From Octopus bimaculoides (taxonomy: Eukaryota), in contig NC_068981.1 of the NCBI RefSeq assembly GCF_001194135.2, positions 134,185,609-134,242,775 of the forward strand: a stretch of 57,167 nucleotides of DNA. The letters run 5' to 3'. The notes below the pieces were generated by a model. It was given only the letters and a program-made list of their open reading frames with translations, made no database searches and was not told where the DNA came from. A program made the position numbers and the translations under genes. Numbering within the stretch: position 1 is the first letter of the stretch; every line of letters starts with the position of its first letter. This document shows positions 36,715-49,958 of this stretch, in pieces.

Positions 36715-39320
36715 CTTAGGTTAATAACTCAGAGATGCCATCTGTAGGAAAAACAATAGTTATTGTTAACATTAATGTACGTTTAATGTAGTGAATGTCA
36801 CAGATATAAATATTTATGTGGTGAGTTAACGAAAACATTATCTCAGTGACTAAATATATTTTAATCATTTTAGTAAGTAAATGATGGGCATGTTCCAGTT
36901 TTATGATACCTCCTCAGCTAGCATAGATTTTACTTTCTTACCCATGCTTAGAATTATATTTGAAGTGTGTTTCTTACTTGCTTCTTATTCTAGAATAGCC
37001 TACTTTCATTGATTCTGAGTAGTTTGAAGTTCTCATTATTTGCTAACTACCTTATTACATGTTAACAAGAGGAATTCCTTACAAATCCTTCTCATATAAT
37101 AATTATGCATTTCATTAGAAGTTCATTGTCATGTTGCATATTTTATTGAACTAATTCAGTATTCAAGTTTCTTCAAATGATAAACCTTTTCTAATCCAAC
37201 ATGCAGCCAGAGTAGAGTTTTGTAGAAGTATATCTACATTAAGCATTGGGCATCGTATTTTGTTCTGAGCATAGATGTCAGTAAGAAGGTCCTTCATTTG
37301 ATGTGGTTAACAATGATATGCATTTCCGATGCAAAGCTGACCAAATATTTATGAAGATTTCTGATTCTGATATTTTGACAGCTTGAACAGGTTTATATTA
37401 CCTTGAAAAAATATGCCATTTTATATCTCACAATAACAAAAGAATAATTTCTTTACAGCATTTGTACTGCCAAAACTAATAATAATAAAGGCCAAATTTA
37501 TGGCATTTATCTTTTCTTGCCTTTGAGTATAACCAAGAAATGAAAAGATTGATTCAATTGAATCTAATACCACAAGACATTTATATGGATTGTAACTGTC
37601 AGATCTGAGATGATGTTACCTTGATATTTTTTTTACTTCAACATTGTGGGTTTTTTTTTATTTGGCAGTAGCAATATAAATACCACATTTCACCAGTTTC
37701 TCAGTGGTTAACTTACTAGACCTTTTGCTTGTAAGGAACATGTTCAATATATGCAATAGATATTGCATTGTGCCATGATGCAATTTTTATCTTGCAATTA
37801 TATCTTCCATCTTTTTTATTCCTGCCTGCCTTTTCTTTCTTGCTTAAAGTAATATCAACATTCTGACATAAAGGAAGACTTCTTACAAAAGGAAAAAGAA
37901 ATTACACCCATTTATGTATCATAAAATATTATACTTTATACTTTATAAATACTTGTAATTTATTGATCACTGGAGAGATAAACCTTAACTCTTGTGTTAC
38001 CAAGAAGCTTGTCATGTGTGTGTGTGTCTGTGTGTGTGTGTGTAATGTATGTGTGTATCAGTGTGTACACTTGCCTTGATATCATGTGATGGTTGTAAAT
38101 GAACATCATCATACAAGCAATGCTGTTCGTTATGAGTTTTATGTGAAAAACATGTTTGACCATCACATGATCACATGACCAGGTTATCAGATGTTATTGA
38201 ACATCGCTGGTCACAATGTGCTTTTGCATTGTTTTAGCTTTCAAATGACGCCACCTGCTGGCAAGGCAAGCAGGCCAACAATCTCCCCCTGATCAAAGGC
38301 AGACTGGAGCAATGTGAAATGAAGTGTTTTGCTCAAAAAACAATGCGCTGCCTATTCAGGGAATCAAACCCATAATCTAGTGATCATGAGTGCAACAGCC
38401 TAACCACTAGGCCATGCGCCTTCATATTTGGCCATGGCAGAAATATCTTGCATGGAAACAGGTAAGGGTTGGCAGCAGGAAAGGCATCCATCTATAGAAA
38501 ATTTGCCTCAACAAATTCCATCACATCCATGCATGCATGGAATGCCAGACATTTGATGATGATGGTGGTGGTGAGGAAGAGGAGGAGGAGGAGTTAATTG
38601 GTCAGTATTACAGAAATAACTTTGTATCATCTCAGCTGTTCCATCAGCACATAATTTAGTAGTAAAATGGTTAACTTATGTTAGCAATTCAAACTTCCTA
38701 CTTGTTTTAGCAGCCAAATATTATTGTTGACAATGTTACGTTGCAGCAACATTATTTTGTCTTCCTGTCACATTCAGTTTTAATAACTACATTATGTTAT
38801 TAACTATTTATGTACAACATACATGTTTACAGAATATAAACTCCCTTTCCTTCATAGAATCCAAGTAATGCTTTTCCAAATTAAATAATATTTTCTGTAA
38901 AAGACTGTTGGAATTCAATTCAGTTCAACTACTTTTGGAATTGCTAAGGTAAAAAAAAAAAAGAAAAAAGAAAGTTTTTATTTTTGGATTCAACAAAATT
39001 AAGTTGCAAGGTTGCTAGAGTCAGAATTTCATTTTAAAAATCTATTTTGATATCAAGCAAACTTTGTGCTGGATTTTAAAATTAATTTTGAAAAATTATT
39101 ATACAGGTCATGTATTTCATTGATAATATTACATAGATGTCACACTTTGACTTATAATTTTTTTGAATATATTGTAGAGTGGTATAGAGATGACAAAACA
39201 TTTCTTATATGTTTAAGTGTTGTGTATTCTAGTACATGTATATGTACTTGTTATTGTTATTTGTATTTAAGATATTTCTATAACCAGTTAGTATCTTAAG
39301 TTGTTGCAGAACACACACAC

Positions 39321-39369
<49 letters not shown>

Positions 39370-40599
39370 TTTAATAAGTTTTGCGTTCTTTATTTTAATT
39401 TAACTTGAAACATAGTGTCCATGAATAGTGAATGGTATGAATGTGTGATATATTGTAGTAGTATCACTTCTTTAAAAAACTAGTTTCATGTTTTTGTCCT
39501 CTTATTTTTTCATATTACTGACATCCAAAATTCTTTGTGTGTGTGTGTATTGCCGTGTGGTAAGAAGTTTGTTTCCCAGCTCCCTACCTTGACATCGTGT
39601 GATGCTTGTAAGCAAGCGCCACTGTTATGCAAACTGTCTTTCATTTTCATTCTTCTCAAACATGCCTGGTTATTGGGAAATATTACCTTACTTGGAAACA
39701 GATGTGAGTCAGCAACAAGAAGGGCATCTGAGACTGTAGAAAATCTGCCTCAACAAATTCTGTCTGACCCATGGGAGCATGGGAAAGTGGACATTAAAAC
39801 AATAATGATGTGGTTGCTGAATGAACATTTTTTGGAAATAACCTGTAGAGGTGATTCGAAATCTGACTGCTAGATATTCAGTCAGATATTACAAGTGAAC
39901 AACCATAATTTCATCTGATTGGTCTATTAAGTGACCAGTCAGCATGAGGCTGTGATGGGATATAATTTTCTTGAATCTTCTAATCCCCAATGATAAAAAG
40001 AATGTTTTGCACTTTTTAATCGCAGAGTGTTGCAGGTTGCTGAGTGACCTGCACCTCCACTCTTTGCCATGCAAATGGTTCAGAATATTTGTACAGACAT
40101 CTTCAGGTTCTCAGATAAACCTATTCTGAACATTTACACTATGACTCATAAATAACTTCTATAGATGTGGTGTAGTTTTTCTCTCTATCCCAGTTGGAAT
40201 TATTAATTAATATTAAATAGCCTGCACCAAATATCTTTTATGTCTGACAACAAATATTTCAGTTGGGTTTTCGTTCAGTTATTATCCATGCAGCCAATGA
40301 AATATATCTTCATTTCCTTGCTACTCGGGTGACAAGCAACTGGCGACAAACCCTTTCTTAACATTTTTATCTTTTTAATTTTAACGTTTTATCTCTTTAT
40401 CGTCTCCCCTCGCCATTTTTTTTTTTTTTGTATTTTCTATTATTTCTATTTATCCAACTAGTTGCTTTTTGATTTTCTGTAACTTTTTCCATCACTTGGC
40501 CATTTCATATCATCCTACTGTTTTTCATGCTTATATATCTTTACATTTAAAGTTTATTCACTCTCTCCTAATTTTAATCTGTATATGAGAGAAACATAT

Positions 40600-41700
40600 C
40601 TATCTTGAAAATAGTCTAACATTATTTTCATTGGAGTAATGTAGAATAAATACATTAATATAGTGTGTGCTTTCATTCGCTCAGCATATAATCTTTACTC
40701 TTCCTACTATCTAATACAATAGTATCTTTTTCTTCCTTTTCACCAAGAGCAGAACTAATTATTTATCATTAAATGTAAAGCATAATGTAGAAGTTCGAAT
40801 CCAGCTTAAATTTAGCATTATTTATTGTACATTTGTAAATATGATTTTTTTTCTTCTTTTCTCTTTGTCATATCTGTAAAACAGCATAAATATCAGATTA
40901 ACTTAGAGTTAAGTATTCTCTCCTACATTTTATTTCCCTTTCATCTTTAAGCATACATTTGGATGCCAATATCTCATGTGTGCAGCTCATGGAAAAGTTA
41001 GTTGAATTTGCATCAAAATTGTTCTGTATAAAAAACATTAGCATATAGGAAAAATAATATGAAATGAAGATGTATTCAGAAGATACCCTTCTTCCCGCAA
41101 GCTGGATGTGCAAAATTTAAAAGCCTCTTATTAGGGAAGTTCATTCGAATTGGTAAAATTTTTTGTTTGATATGGATGAACCAACATCTGTTATTATATA
41201 GAAGTATTCTACTTCATAGCTATGTCCTGTTATCGATCAACAGCCAAAAGCTACTTGTAAGTCAGAAATGGAGACAATCATCTTTGTACTTCAAATTCCC
41301 TCCTTGTACACTATGAAATCTTATTTTTTCTTGTCATTAATTAAGTATATTGTAACATTTGCATATCATATCATCTTTCACTTCCTGTTCATTTAAATTT
41401 TGCTCAACGTATCCTGCTTAGTCAACAAAGATTATCTGTGATTGCACCACTATTGCATTTAATTTTTCTGACAGTTATATTTATGCATTAATTTGACTTG
41501 GATTCACTAATTTTCCTATTAATATAGATGCTTGAAGAAAAATATATCATATTTACTTATGCATAAGTTGTATCCCTTAAATCTTGAAAAGATTTTTCTA
41601 TTCATATTCAAACTTTCCCCATGTACAAGTCACAACCCGGGTTTTCAGTTAAAGTCAAGTATAAAATAGTGCAATTGATGATACGTGAGTAAATATGGTA
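40600..41700 (-). mobile_element. Highly decayed L1/Tx1-like LINE reverse-transcriptase relic
   Basis: In expected order on the minus strand: *YANVTIYL (YADD-like), LAGRRV (LSLAGR-like), IKCRRE, LNLSWIR (LKLSWIK-like). Numerous stops. Confidence 0.35.
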
Positions 41701-41795
41701 TATTTTATTAATCCTGAATTCGAACTTTCCACTCTGTTTTACATTAAATCACAAATACATCTGCTTTCAAAAACAAAATCAAAAACAAACAGTTA

Positions 41796-41970
41796 GGCGC
41801 AGGAGTGGCTGTGTGGTAAGTAGCTTGCTTATCAACCACATGGTTCTGCGTTCATTCCCACTGCGTGGTACCTTGGGCAAGTGTCTTCTACTATAGCCTC
41901 GGGCCGACCAAAGCCTTGTGAGTGGATTTGGTAGACGGAAACTAAAAGAAGCCCGTCGTATATATATATT

Positions 41971-42005
<35 letters not shown>

Positions 42006-42216
42006 ATGTTTGTGTCTGTGTTTGTCCCCCAACCTCGCTTGACAACCGATGCTGGTGTATTTACATCTCCATAACTTAGTGGTTCGGCAAAAGAGATCGA
42101 TAGAATAAGTACTAGGCTTCCAAAGAATAATTCCTGGGGTCGATTTGCTCGACTAAAAGGCGGTGCTCCAGCATGGCCACAGTCAAATGACTGAAACAAG
42201 TAAAAGAGTAAAAGAG
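41796..42216 (+). mobile_element. Near full-length, young tRNA-derived SINE (dominant octopod-type family)
   Basis: tRNA-like head with A box TGGCTGTGTGGT and B-box-like GCGTTCATTCCC, an internal (TA)/(TG) tract and a (TAAAAGAG)n tail. CpGs are retained. Many homologues in the window. Confidence 0.9.
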
Positions 42217-42774
42217 TTAAAACCCCCACCAGTTTCAATGAACTCCCCACCCACTCACCTCCTGGAGAAAAAAACATTTAAGTGTAAACAGAACTGTAAT
42301 CAATTGTTGCAGGTTTGTCACCTGATTCTCTCTTTCTGTATTTGTTACTGACTTAGCTTTCTTTCTCTTCCTTTTTAATTCCCTTTTACCAAAACTGGTT
42401 TGACACACACTCCGCCACATACACATGACCAATTTTATAGTCTACTCTTTATGTCTTTCTTTCTCTCTCCCCTCTCTCTTCCATCCACTCCCTTTACCCC
42501 TCTTACTCTCTTGTAGTTTTGTCAATTTCTATTCTTTATGCTTCTCCATTTCATTTAGTCATGACATTTTTTAAATGTATGTATTTTATTACAACATAGA
42601 GTTTGTTTATGGATACAAGGATGCATGTAGAAACTGCCACCCATTCATCATTTATAATTTGTGTTTAAAAATTACTACTGAGAAGTAATATATTCCAAAT
42701 GGACTCTCCCTCCTAAAATGGCTCGACCAATGAAAATGATGCACACATGCACACTATGGCTAGACCAATGAAAA

Positions 42775-43200
42775 TGATACACACATGCACACTAGATCTC
42801 TCAAAGTGGATGGAACGCGTGGAGGAGGGAAACCCAAGAAGACATGGAATGAAGTACTGAAGGACGACCTCTGGACACTGAACTTCTCAGACAAGATGAC
42901 AAAATACTGAAATACCTGGTGCCTTGCTGTACTCAAGAAGACCCATCCTCCACAGCAGAAGTGTTAAGGCTGCATCTCCTGGTGAAGAGGATTGGCTTGC
43001 AAGAGTCATGTGCTGGTGTCACATAAAAGTGCTTGTGCTGTACCACATTAAAAGTACGCAACACACACTGTAATGTGGTTGGTGTTAGCAACCCAACCAA
43101 ATCAGACTAAAACTTGTTGCAACTCTCCATCTTGCCAGCTCTGGTCAATCCATCTAACCCATGACAGCTTGGAGAATGGACATTAAAGGATGATGATGAC
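42775..43200 (+). mobile_element. 5'-truncated RTE-clade LINE 3' end (ORF2 C-terminus plus 3' UTR and (GAT)n tail)
   Basis: LKVDGTRGGGKPKKTWNEVLKDDL..MTKY*NTWCLAVLKKT matches the RTE ORF2 terminal G.R.RGRP.KTW motif. It is followed by the shared 3' UTR ending GGACATTAAAGGATGATGATG. Confidence 0.8.
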
Positions 43201-43203
43201 ACA

Positions 43204-43236
<33 letters not shown>

Positions 43237-43365
43237 ATATATCAGGTTATAATACTGTGAAGCCGAATGGAAGAGAGATGCAAACAGCTGGTCAACAAAG
43301 ATCATGCAGCTGTAGGATTCATGAGAACTACCTATTAGACAGTAACTGTCTGACAAAGGCAATAG

Positions 43366-44010
43366 TACTCAAGTTGGTAATAAAAGGTTCCTGGACTAGT
43401 TATGTTTAATAAAAAAATAACTTATTTACTTAAGTTTTAACATCATCTCTTTCAAAATAGTCACCTTCAGCAGTAATACACTAGTTCCATTGTTTCTGCC
43501 ACTTTTAGAATCTGGCCTGGAAGTTGTTTTCCATAAGCAAGTTGAGGGCCTTCTGCAATTTGCTTGGGATCTTAACAATGGTGTTAAAATGGCAACCTTT
43601 GAGCTGCATTTTCATCTTGTGGAAGAGACGGAAGTTCACAGGTGCTAAATCTGGCAAACAAGACAGGTGCAGAAATGATACCATGTTGTTTTTGGTGAGA
43701 AACTCACAAGTGAAGAGAACTTGGTGAAGAATCCAATTCTTCATGTTCCACAGATCTGCTCGCTTTCGCTGAATGCCTTCCCTCAAATGCTTCAAAACAT
43801 TGCAGTAGAACTTTCAATTGACAGTCTGGCCCTGGGGGGACAAATTCTCAATGCACAATACCACATTTCTTGGGGTTGACGTTTGTGGCAGGTCTTCCAG
43901 ATCGCTCAATCTCTTTCAGGGCGGTTCTGCTTTTGAAGTGCCTGTGCTACTCGAAACATTATGTATGACCCATTGGCTCTTTGTTCCTGTCCATGATAAA
44001 ATCACATAAA
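43366..44010 (-). mobile_element. Internally deleted mariner (DD34D-type) transposon relic with 3' TIR
   Basis: VFE*HRHFK..RSGRP, GIVH*EFVPQGQTVN, LKHLREGIQRKRADLW, PDLAPVNFRLFHKMK..LKG..F, EGDYFE. TIR-like TACTCAAGTTGGTAATAAAAGGTTCCTGGACT at 43366. Confidence 0.85.
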
Positions 44011-45391
44011 TGTATGTTTGCAGAGGCACATGCAAAATGAACATGTACATATACATTTGCTGTTTTTGAAAATGTTAGTTAAAGGTATTACTAAGTAGTA
44101 TTACTTAAACTGCAATGTAATTTCACGAGTAAAGTTATTAGAGTGGTTTTACTTGTATGAAGTTTAAGACACTTATAATATTACCATGAGAACCAGAAAT
44201 GAAATCAAATACATGAGCTTGAAACAGCTGTTTTTGCACATGTTGCTCCCAAAGACTTTTAAACAAAAGAATATTGGTGTTGTCTTCAGAGTTTCATTTC
44301 ATATTTCAAAAGAAAAGTAGGCTCAGTTTATACCAGCTGATGGCTGGAAGTGAGTAGCTCTGACGACTGGAAATTGGAGCCTTCCAGTTATGATTTGTTA
44401 AAAGAATATCCTATATTTGTATTGAGTCCTGTAATTTATTACTTCTGGTGAATCAACAGATATATTATCATCATCATTTAACATCCTTCTTTCATGCTGG
44501 CATAGGTTGGATGGTTTGATAGCAGCTGGCCAGGCAGGAGCCTACACCAGACTTCTGTGTCTGTTTTGGCAGGGTTTTACAGCTGGATATCCTTCCTAAT
44601 GTCAACTACCCAGCAATCATTATCATCATTTAAAGTCCATTTCCCATGCTGGCATGGGTTGGATGGTTTGATCAAAGTTGGCAAGCTGGAAAGATGTACC
44701 ACGTACAAGTCTGATTTGGCTTCCACTGGTGAACGCCATTGCCAACCACTTTACAGAGTGTGTTGGGTGCTTTTAATGTGACACCAGCATGCGTGTCTTT
44801 TACATGGACTAGCACAGGTACTTTCTGTGGGTGCTTTTTACATGCACACACACACGCCTTATAGTTTTGGGTTGAGCCAAAGCTTGTGAGTTAAACTGTG
44901 TAGATAGAAACTGTCCAGAAGTCTGTTGAATGGATTGAAGCTGTTTTCAAGATGTTGACTTTGTCTGAGCTATGGTCTGAAACAAAGCCTCTTATCTCAG
45001 TGGCTCTGCAAATTGTCATGGGCTCTAATCTCCTTTGACTAAGCCACAAAAATAAAAATAATAGTTGACAGTCAACAATATATTATTGTCCTTGTTACTA
45101 CAACGGTACTACAACGTTCAGCTTTAAAATGAACCAATTGGTATGTCCTTATCTTTTACTTGTTTCGGTCATTGGACTGTGACCTTGCTTGGGTGCTATA
45201 TTTAGGCTAGTACCTTGAATGGTGTAGTTGAACTGAACGACCCCAGTACTTATTCCATCAGCCTCTTATGCTGAACCACTAAGTTATGGAGTTGTAAGGA
45301 AACCAATACCAGTTTTCAATCCATAGTGGAGGACAAACACAAAGACATGCACACACACACACATATGCATGCACACACACATGCGCAGACA

Positions 45392-45427
<36 letters not shown>

Positions 45428-46341
45428 ATATGAATCATATTGCACTCGGTACTTGCCCAGTGTTTTATTCTGAAGCATACATATATTAAGTTGTAACAAC
45501 AGTTTATCAGTATTGTTATGCCTAAGCAAAATCATAAAATATGTATACTATAGGCTTCCACACAGTTTCCATTTAATGAAATTGACTCGCATAGCATTGT
45601 TCAGCATCAGGCTACAGTAGAAGACCCATGCCCATGGTGCTGTGCAAGGAGGCAGAACTCCAAAGCACATAGTTTGCAAAGCAAGCTTCTTAACCACAGA
45701 GCCACGGTGGTGCCTATGTCGATTTATATTTAAATAGTGAAACCTAGGTACAAGTTGGTGAGTGCTTTCACATTGATTTTATTTATATGTTTGAAGCTGC
45801 TTTTATTTGTAATTTCTTTTGAATTGACTTTAACTCTTTGCCGACAGCAACTGCTAAGTTCATGAAACTTTATGCTATAAATGGTTTATGCTACAATCAA
45901 TACAGGAAAGGAAATAAAAAAAAAAGAAGTGACGGCATCTATATCAATGCTGATTTGAAAACACATTATAACTTACCAAATTCTCAAATTTTATGAATTT
46001 AATTTACTTACTTATATCACATCCTTCATATGGTTGAAGTAATTACATGACTAATTAATTACCTTTTAGCACATATTTATTAGTTTAGCAAACAACTGAT
46101 TACACCTCATTCTCTTTAAACTATAGAATTTGGTAATGTGGTACTATCTATAAATTCAACGAAAGATTTTAATTTTAACTCTGCTGTAAATAAAACGTTT
46201 TATCTTTTATGTTGCCGCTTTAAGTTTCCATGGCCATAGATGCAAAGCATGGTTGTTTGGTAAAGAAGCTTGCTTCCCAGCCATGTTGTCTTGGGTTCAG
46301 TTCCACTGCACAGCACCTTAATCAAATGTCTTCTATTATAA

Positions 46342-46661
46342 CAGTGGTTCCTCAACTTTTTTGGGCTACCACGCCCTTGACACCCAGGCCACTTTCCTAG
46401 CACCTCCACCCCAACTAACCATCACAAACATAAACCTCTTTCTGAAGTAAATTCAAAGCAACTGTATTTTACAAATAAAAATTAACCTAACGAACCCATT
46501 ATTTAGTTGCTTTTAGATGAATCACTACCCCATTATTGCCCCACTTTTTACATGAATCGCTACCCCATTATCACTTCATTTCAATGCTCCCTTGGAACTT
46601 TCCACTGCCCCCCCTCCCAATTGGGGGGGGGGGGCAATACCACCCACTTTGGGAACCACTG
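46342..46661. mobile_element. Non-autonomous hAT (Charlie-like) MITE inserted into a SINE
   Basis: TIRs CAGTGGTTCC and GGAACCACTG. Perfect 8-bp TSD TATTATAA at 46334-46341 and 46662-46669. The flanks are the two halves of a SINE. Confidence 0.9.
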
Positions 46662-47002
46662 TATTATAACCTTGGGCCAACCAAAGCCTTATGAGTGGAT
46701 TTGATAGACAGAATCTGGAAGAACTTCATTGTTTGTTTGTATATACACATGCATGTATGTATGTATGTATGTATACATTCATCTCCGTCTGTAAGTTTGG
46801 ATGTATGTATGTATGTATGTACATACATTATGTACATATGTAATATATGTTATGTATATATGTATGTAAGGGTAAATACAAGCACATGCATACACATACA
46901 CAGACATGCAGGAAGTAAATAGACACCTTTAATTTTCAAAATCTTTTATTTAATATGCAAAGTGAACAATTGAAATGTAATCGATAGGTAGGACTACATA
47001 CT

Positions 47003-47745
47003 TTAGTATTTAGTTGACATTCCCTTTGCAGTTTTTAATTCAGAAACTCTTTTTGGCATTGAACTGCTGAGCTTTATGATTGTCTCTTGTGAAATTTCTG
47101 CCCACTTTTCACGCAACAATCGAAACAATTCATCTTTAGATTTAGGTTTCTGTCGAGTTTTCCGTATAGCTCTATCTAGTATGCTCCAAAGATTTTCAAT
47201 TGGATTCATATCAGGAGATTGGCTTGGCCAAGGAAGCTTTTTGATCCCATTTTCAGTCAGCCATTGTTGATTCCTTTTTCAGAGTTTATGGTTCCAACAC
47301 ATTCAATCAGCTCAGAACGACCATTGCTGGTGACAGCTCCCCCCTACCATTACAAAGATACCATCATGTTTCACAGTTGGTTGGAGTCGTTTCAAATCAA
47401 ATTCTTGATTGGGAAGCCTCCAGATCCAAACACGTCCACTGTCTGAAAATAATGCAAATCTGGATTCATCTGAGAAAATCACTCTATCCCAAAATGAACT
47501 GGATTTTTCTGACATCTCCTTAGCCCATTTCTTTCTTTTCATGATATTAATTGGTTGAAGGAGAGGTTTTCTTCTAGCTGCTCGTCCATAATACTCAAGC
47601 TTATGCAGAATTGTAACACACGTTCTTGGACTAACTTCTAGCTGTTTTGCAATGTCAGAAGCGTTTAAACGGGGTTTGTTTTCCACAATTCTCTTCAAAC
47701 AGCAAAGCTTCCTTTCCAAGCGCCCAGATCGGCTGGGACAAGAAT
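47003..47745 (-). mobile_element. Decayed Tc1 (DD34E-type) transposase, N-terminally truncated and internally deleted
   Basis: [49 protein letters not shown], then a deletion removing the second-Asp motif, then WPSQSPDMNPIENLW..SMPKRV..AKGMSTKY-stop. Confidence 0.9.
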
Positions 47746-48449
47746 TCTGCTGTGATTGCTGCCTTCAGTTCACCAATCGTTTGAGTGTTGTTCTGGTAAA
47801 CATTATTCTTGAGATACCCCAACAGTTCAAAATCTGGAGGAGGGGGTTCAAGTCCACTGAATGTGGTGTCCACTCAACGTCACACTTCCTGCTGATCGAT
47901 CTCTTCTGAAATCGCTCTCTCAGCCAGGTTAGGGTGTCATTTGATGCGTGGGGGGTGGCCCTGTCTTGCTGCAACCACTGTTCATCTCGATCTATCGTTC
48001 TGTGTTGTCCCACTGATGCCCTAAATTTCATCAGCACTGCCACATAGTGCTCTGTATTCGCCGTTTAAGCTCTCTCTTTTTCGTCTTCAAACCAATATGG
48101 GCCGATGATGCCATGTTTAGAGATTGCTACCCATGCTGTGCACATTGTTGAGTGTGAAGACCTCTGAAATACTTCCTCCAGTGCAGATTTACCCCAATAA
48201 ACATTATTTTTGCTATTTACATGTCCTGTAGCAAAAAGTGTGCTTCTCCAGTATATGATTTGTTGGTGAAATAGGCCCCCAGGCAAAATGTCTTTTCTTT
48301 GGTTGACCAATACATGTTGGGGTAGACTATTGTTCCAATCTTTCATGTACAAAGTCAACTTATATACCCTGAAAAAGAAAAGAAGAAAAATTAAAATTAA
48401 CAGTTTTATTTAAAGATTTGTGGGTTCTGTTTCTTTTGGGGTCACCCTA
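47746..48449 (-). mobile_element. Decayed DD41D (rosa/Visitor-type) Tc1/mariner transposon: 5' TIR, N-terminus, internal deletion, catalytic domain, 3' end lost
   Basis: TIR TAGGGTGACCCC next to TA at 48449-48451. ATG at 48315 gives MYWSTKEKTFCLGAYFTNKSYT, then jumps to EAHFLL/GHVNSKNNVYWG. Downstream: WVAISKHGIIGPYWFED, WLQQDRATPH, WTPHSVDLNP, PDFELLGYLK. There are 41 residues between the second and third D after removing a small insertion. Frameshifted. Confidence 0.85.
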
Positions 48450-48804
48450 TATAATACTCACTGCATTCTCAACCAAATTTGAGGCTTAGTGCCAATATGG
48501 AAGCACTGTATTTATTTGACGAGTGATTTGATTCAATATTATGTTGAAACAGTATATTCCATTGTGGTACAAATTAAAAGCAATTATAACACATACAATT
48601 ATGCTTATAGAATGAAACTAATAATGTAANNNNNNNNNNNNNNNNNNNNNNNNNNNNNNNNNNNNNNNNNNNNNNNNNNNNNNNNNNNNNCATCTGGCCT
48701 GATTACTAAGTTGTTTCAAGAAAGATCCAACCTGACCTCACTTTATTATGATAAAAAAAAAATATTATCATAATAAAGGATGTGATTGCTAATGAATTAT
48801 TCAG

Positions 48805-49220
48805 GTGCAGGTGTGGCCATGTGGCAAGAAGTTGCATGGCACCTTGAATGAGTATTTTTTTTATTATAGCCTCAGGCTCCAAAACCCGAGTGGATTTGGT
48901 AGATGGAAACTGAAAGAAGCTCGTCGTATGTGTGTGTGTGTGTGTGTATCTGTGTATGTGTGTATATATTTGTGTGTGTGTGTGTATATATCTATTTGTG
49001 TGTGTCTTTGTGTCTGTTTGTACCCCAATTCTGCTTGATAACTGGTGTTGGTGTGTTTATGTCCCCGTAACTTAGCAGTTTGGCAGAAGAGACTGATAGA
49101 ATAAGTACCAGGCTTTAAAAAATAGGTCCTGGGGTTGATTTGTTTGACTAAAACCCTTCAAGGTGGTGCCCCAGCATGGCCGCAACCAAAAGTGATTGAA
49201 ACATGTAAAATATAAAAGAT
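48805..49220 (+). mobile_element. tRNA-derived SINE, same family
   Basis: Head GGTGCAGGTGTGGCCATGTGGCAAG, internal (TG)n, tail GATTGAAACATGTAAAA. Confidence 0.8.
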
Positions 49221-49324
49221 AGTAGAGGATATGATCGTTAATAAATTATTTAGGAAAATAAATATTTTGCTAGTTTGCAACACCTTGTGATGTTAACATG
49301 ATAACAAATGTGATACGAAATGTG

Positions 49325-49358
<34 letters not shown>

Positions 49359-49632
49359 TTTACATTGGTTGGTATGGGTTGTCATGGTAGGAATCAATTC
49401 TTATTTAGAGTTACTGACCTCCTAAGTGTGGTTGGCGATGAGAGTGAAGGACATAACTTGCTTGTATATTTTATTTTGACATAGTTTCTAGATGCAGTCG
49501 GTACATTTTAGTGTGGCGCCAACACTAGAGAGGTCATGTCCTCAACAAGATTAAAGGATCCTCTTGATACTACTGCATCTCTTCTTATTATGGCTGAGAG
49601 CTGTATTATTGTTAGCCTGTTAGGCACTACTT

Positions 49633-49758
49633 AAATACAGAGGTCCCACTTAAATACAGAGGTTCGTTAGGGTTAAGGCTTAGTTTTAGACTTACGGTTA
49701 GGGTTAGAGTTACCTCCCCTTTATATCGTTATGTAGATGCATCAGGACCTCTGTATTT
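49633..49758. repeat. Short inverted-repeat-bounded element containing degenerate TTAGGG repeats
   Basis: AAATACAGAGGTCC at 49633-49646, a near-direct copy at 49652-49665, and the perfect inverted copy at 49745-49758. The interior reads GTTAGGGTTAAGGCTTAG..GGTTAGGGTTAGAG. Confidence 0.6.
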
Positions 49759-49958
49759 CTGTAGTACTCAAAATTTTTAGGGCTATTTCTTCTTTATATT
49801 CTGAATTTAAATACTGTCGATACTGACTTTGCCTTTCTTCTCTTTGGGCTTCATAAAATAAAGTACCAGTTAAGTACTGGAGTTGGTGTGATTGATTTAC
49901 TCCTTTAAAATTGCTGACCTTGTACAAAAATTTGAAACCATTATTATTATTATTATTA

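Noticed and set aside
44360-44387. CTGACGA followed by a 6-bp hairpin
   Set aside because: No GAAA, stem III or cleavage triplet follows.
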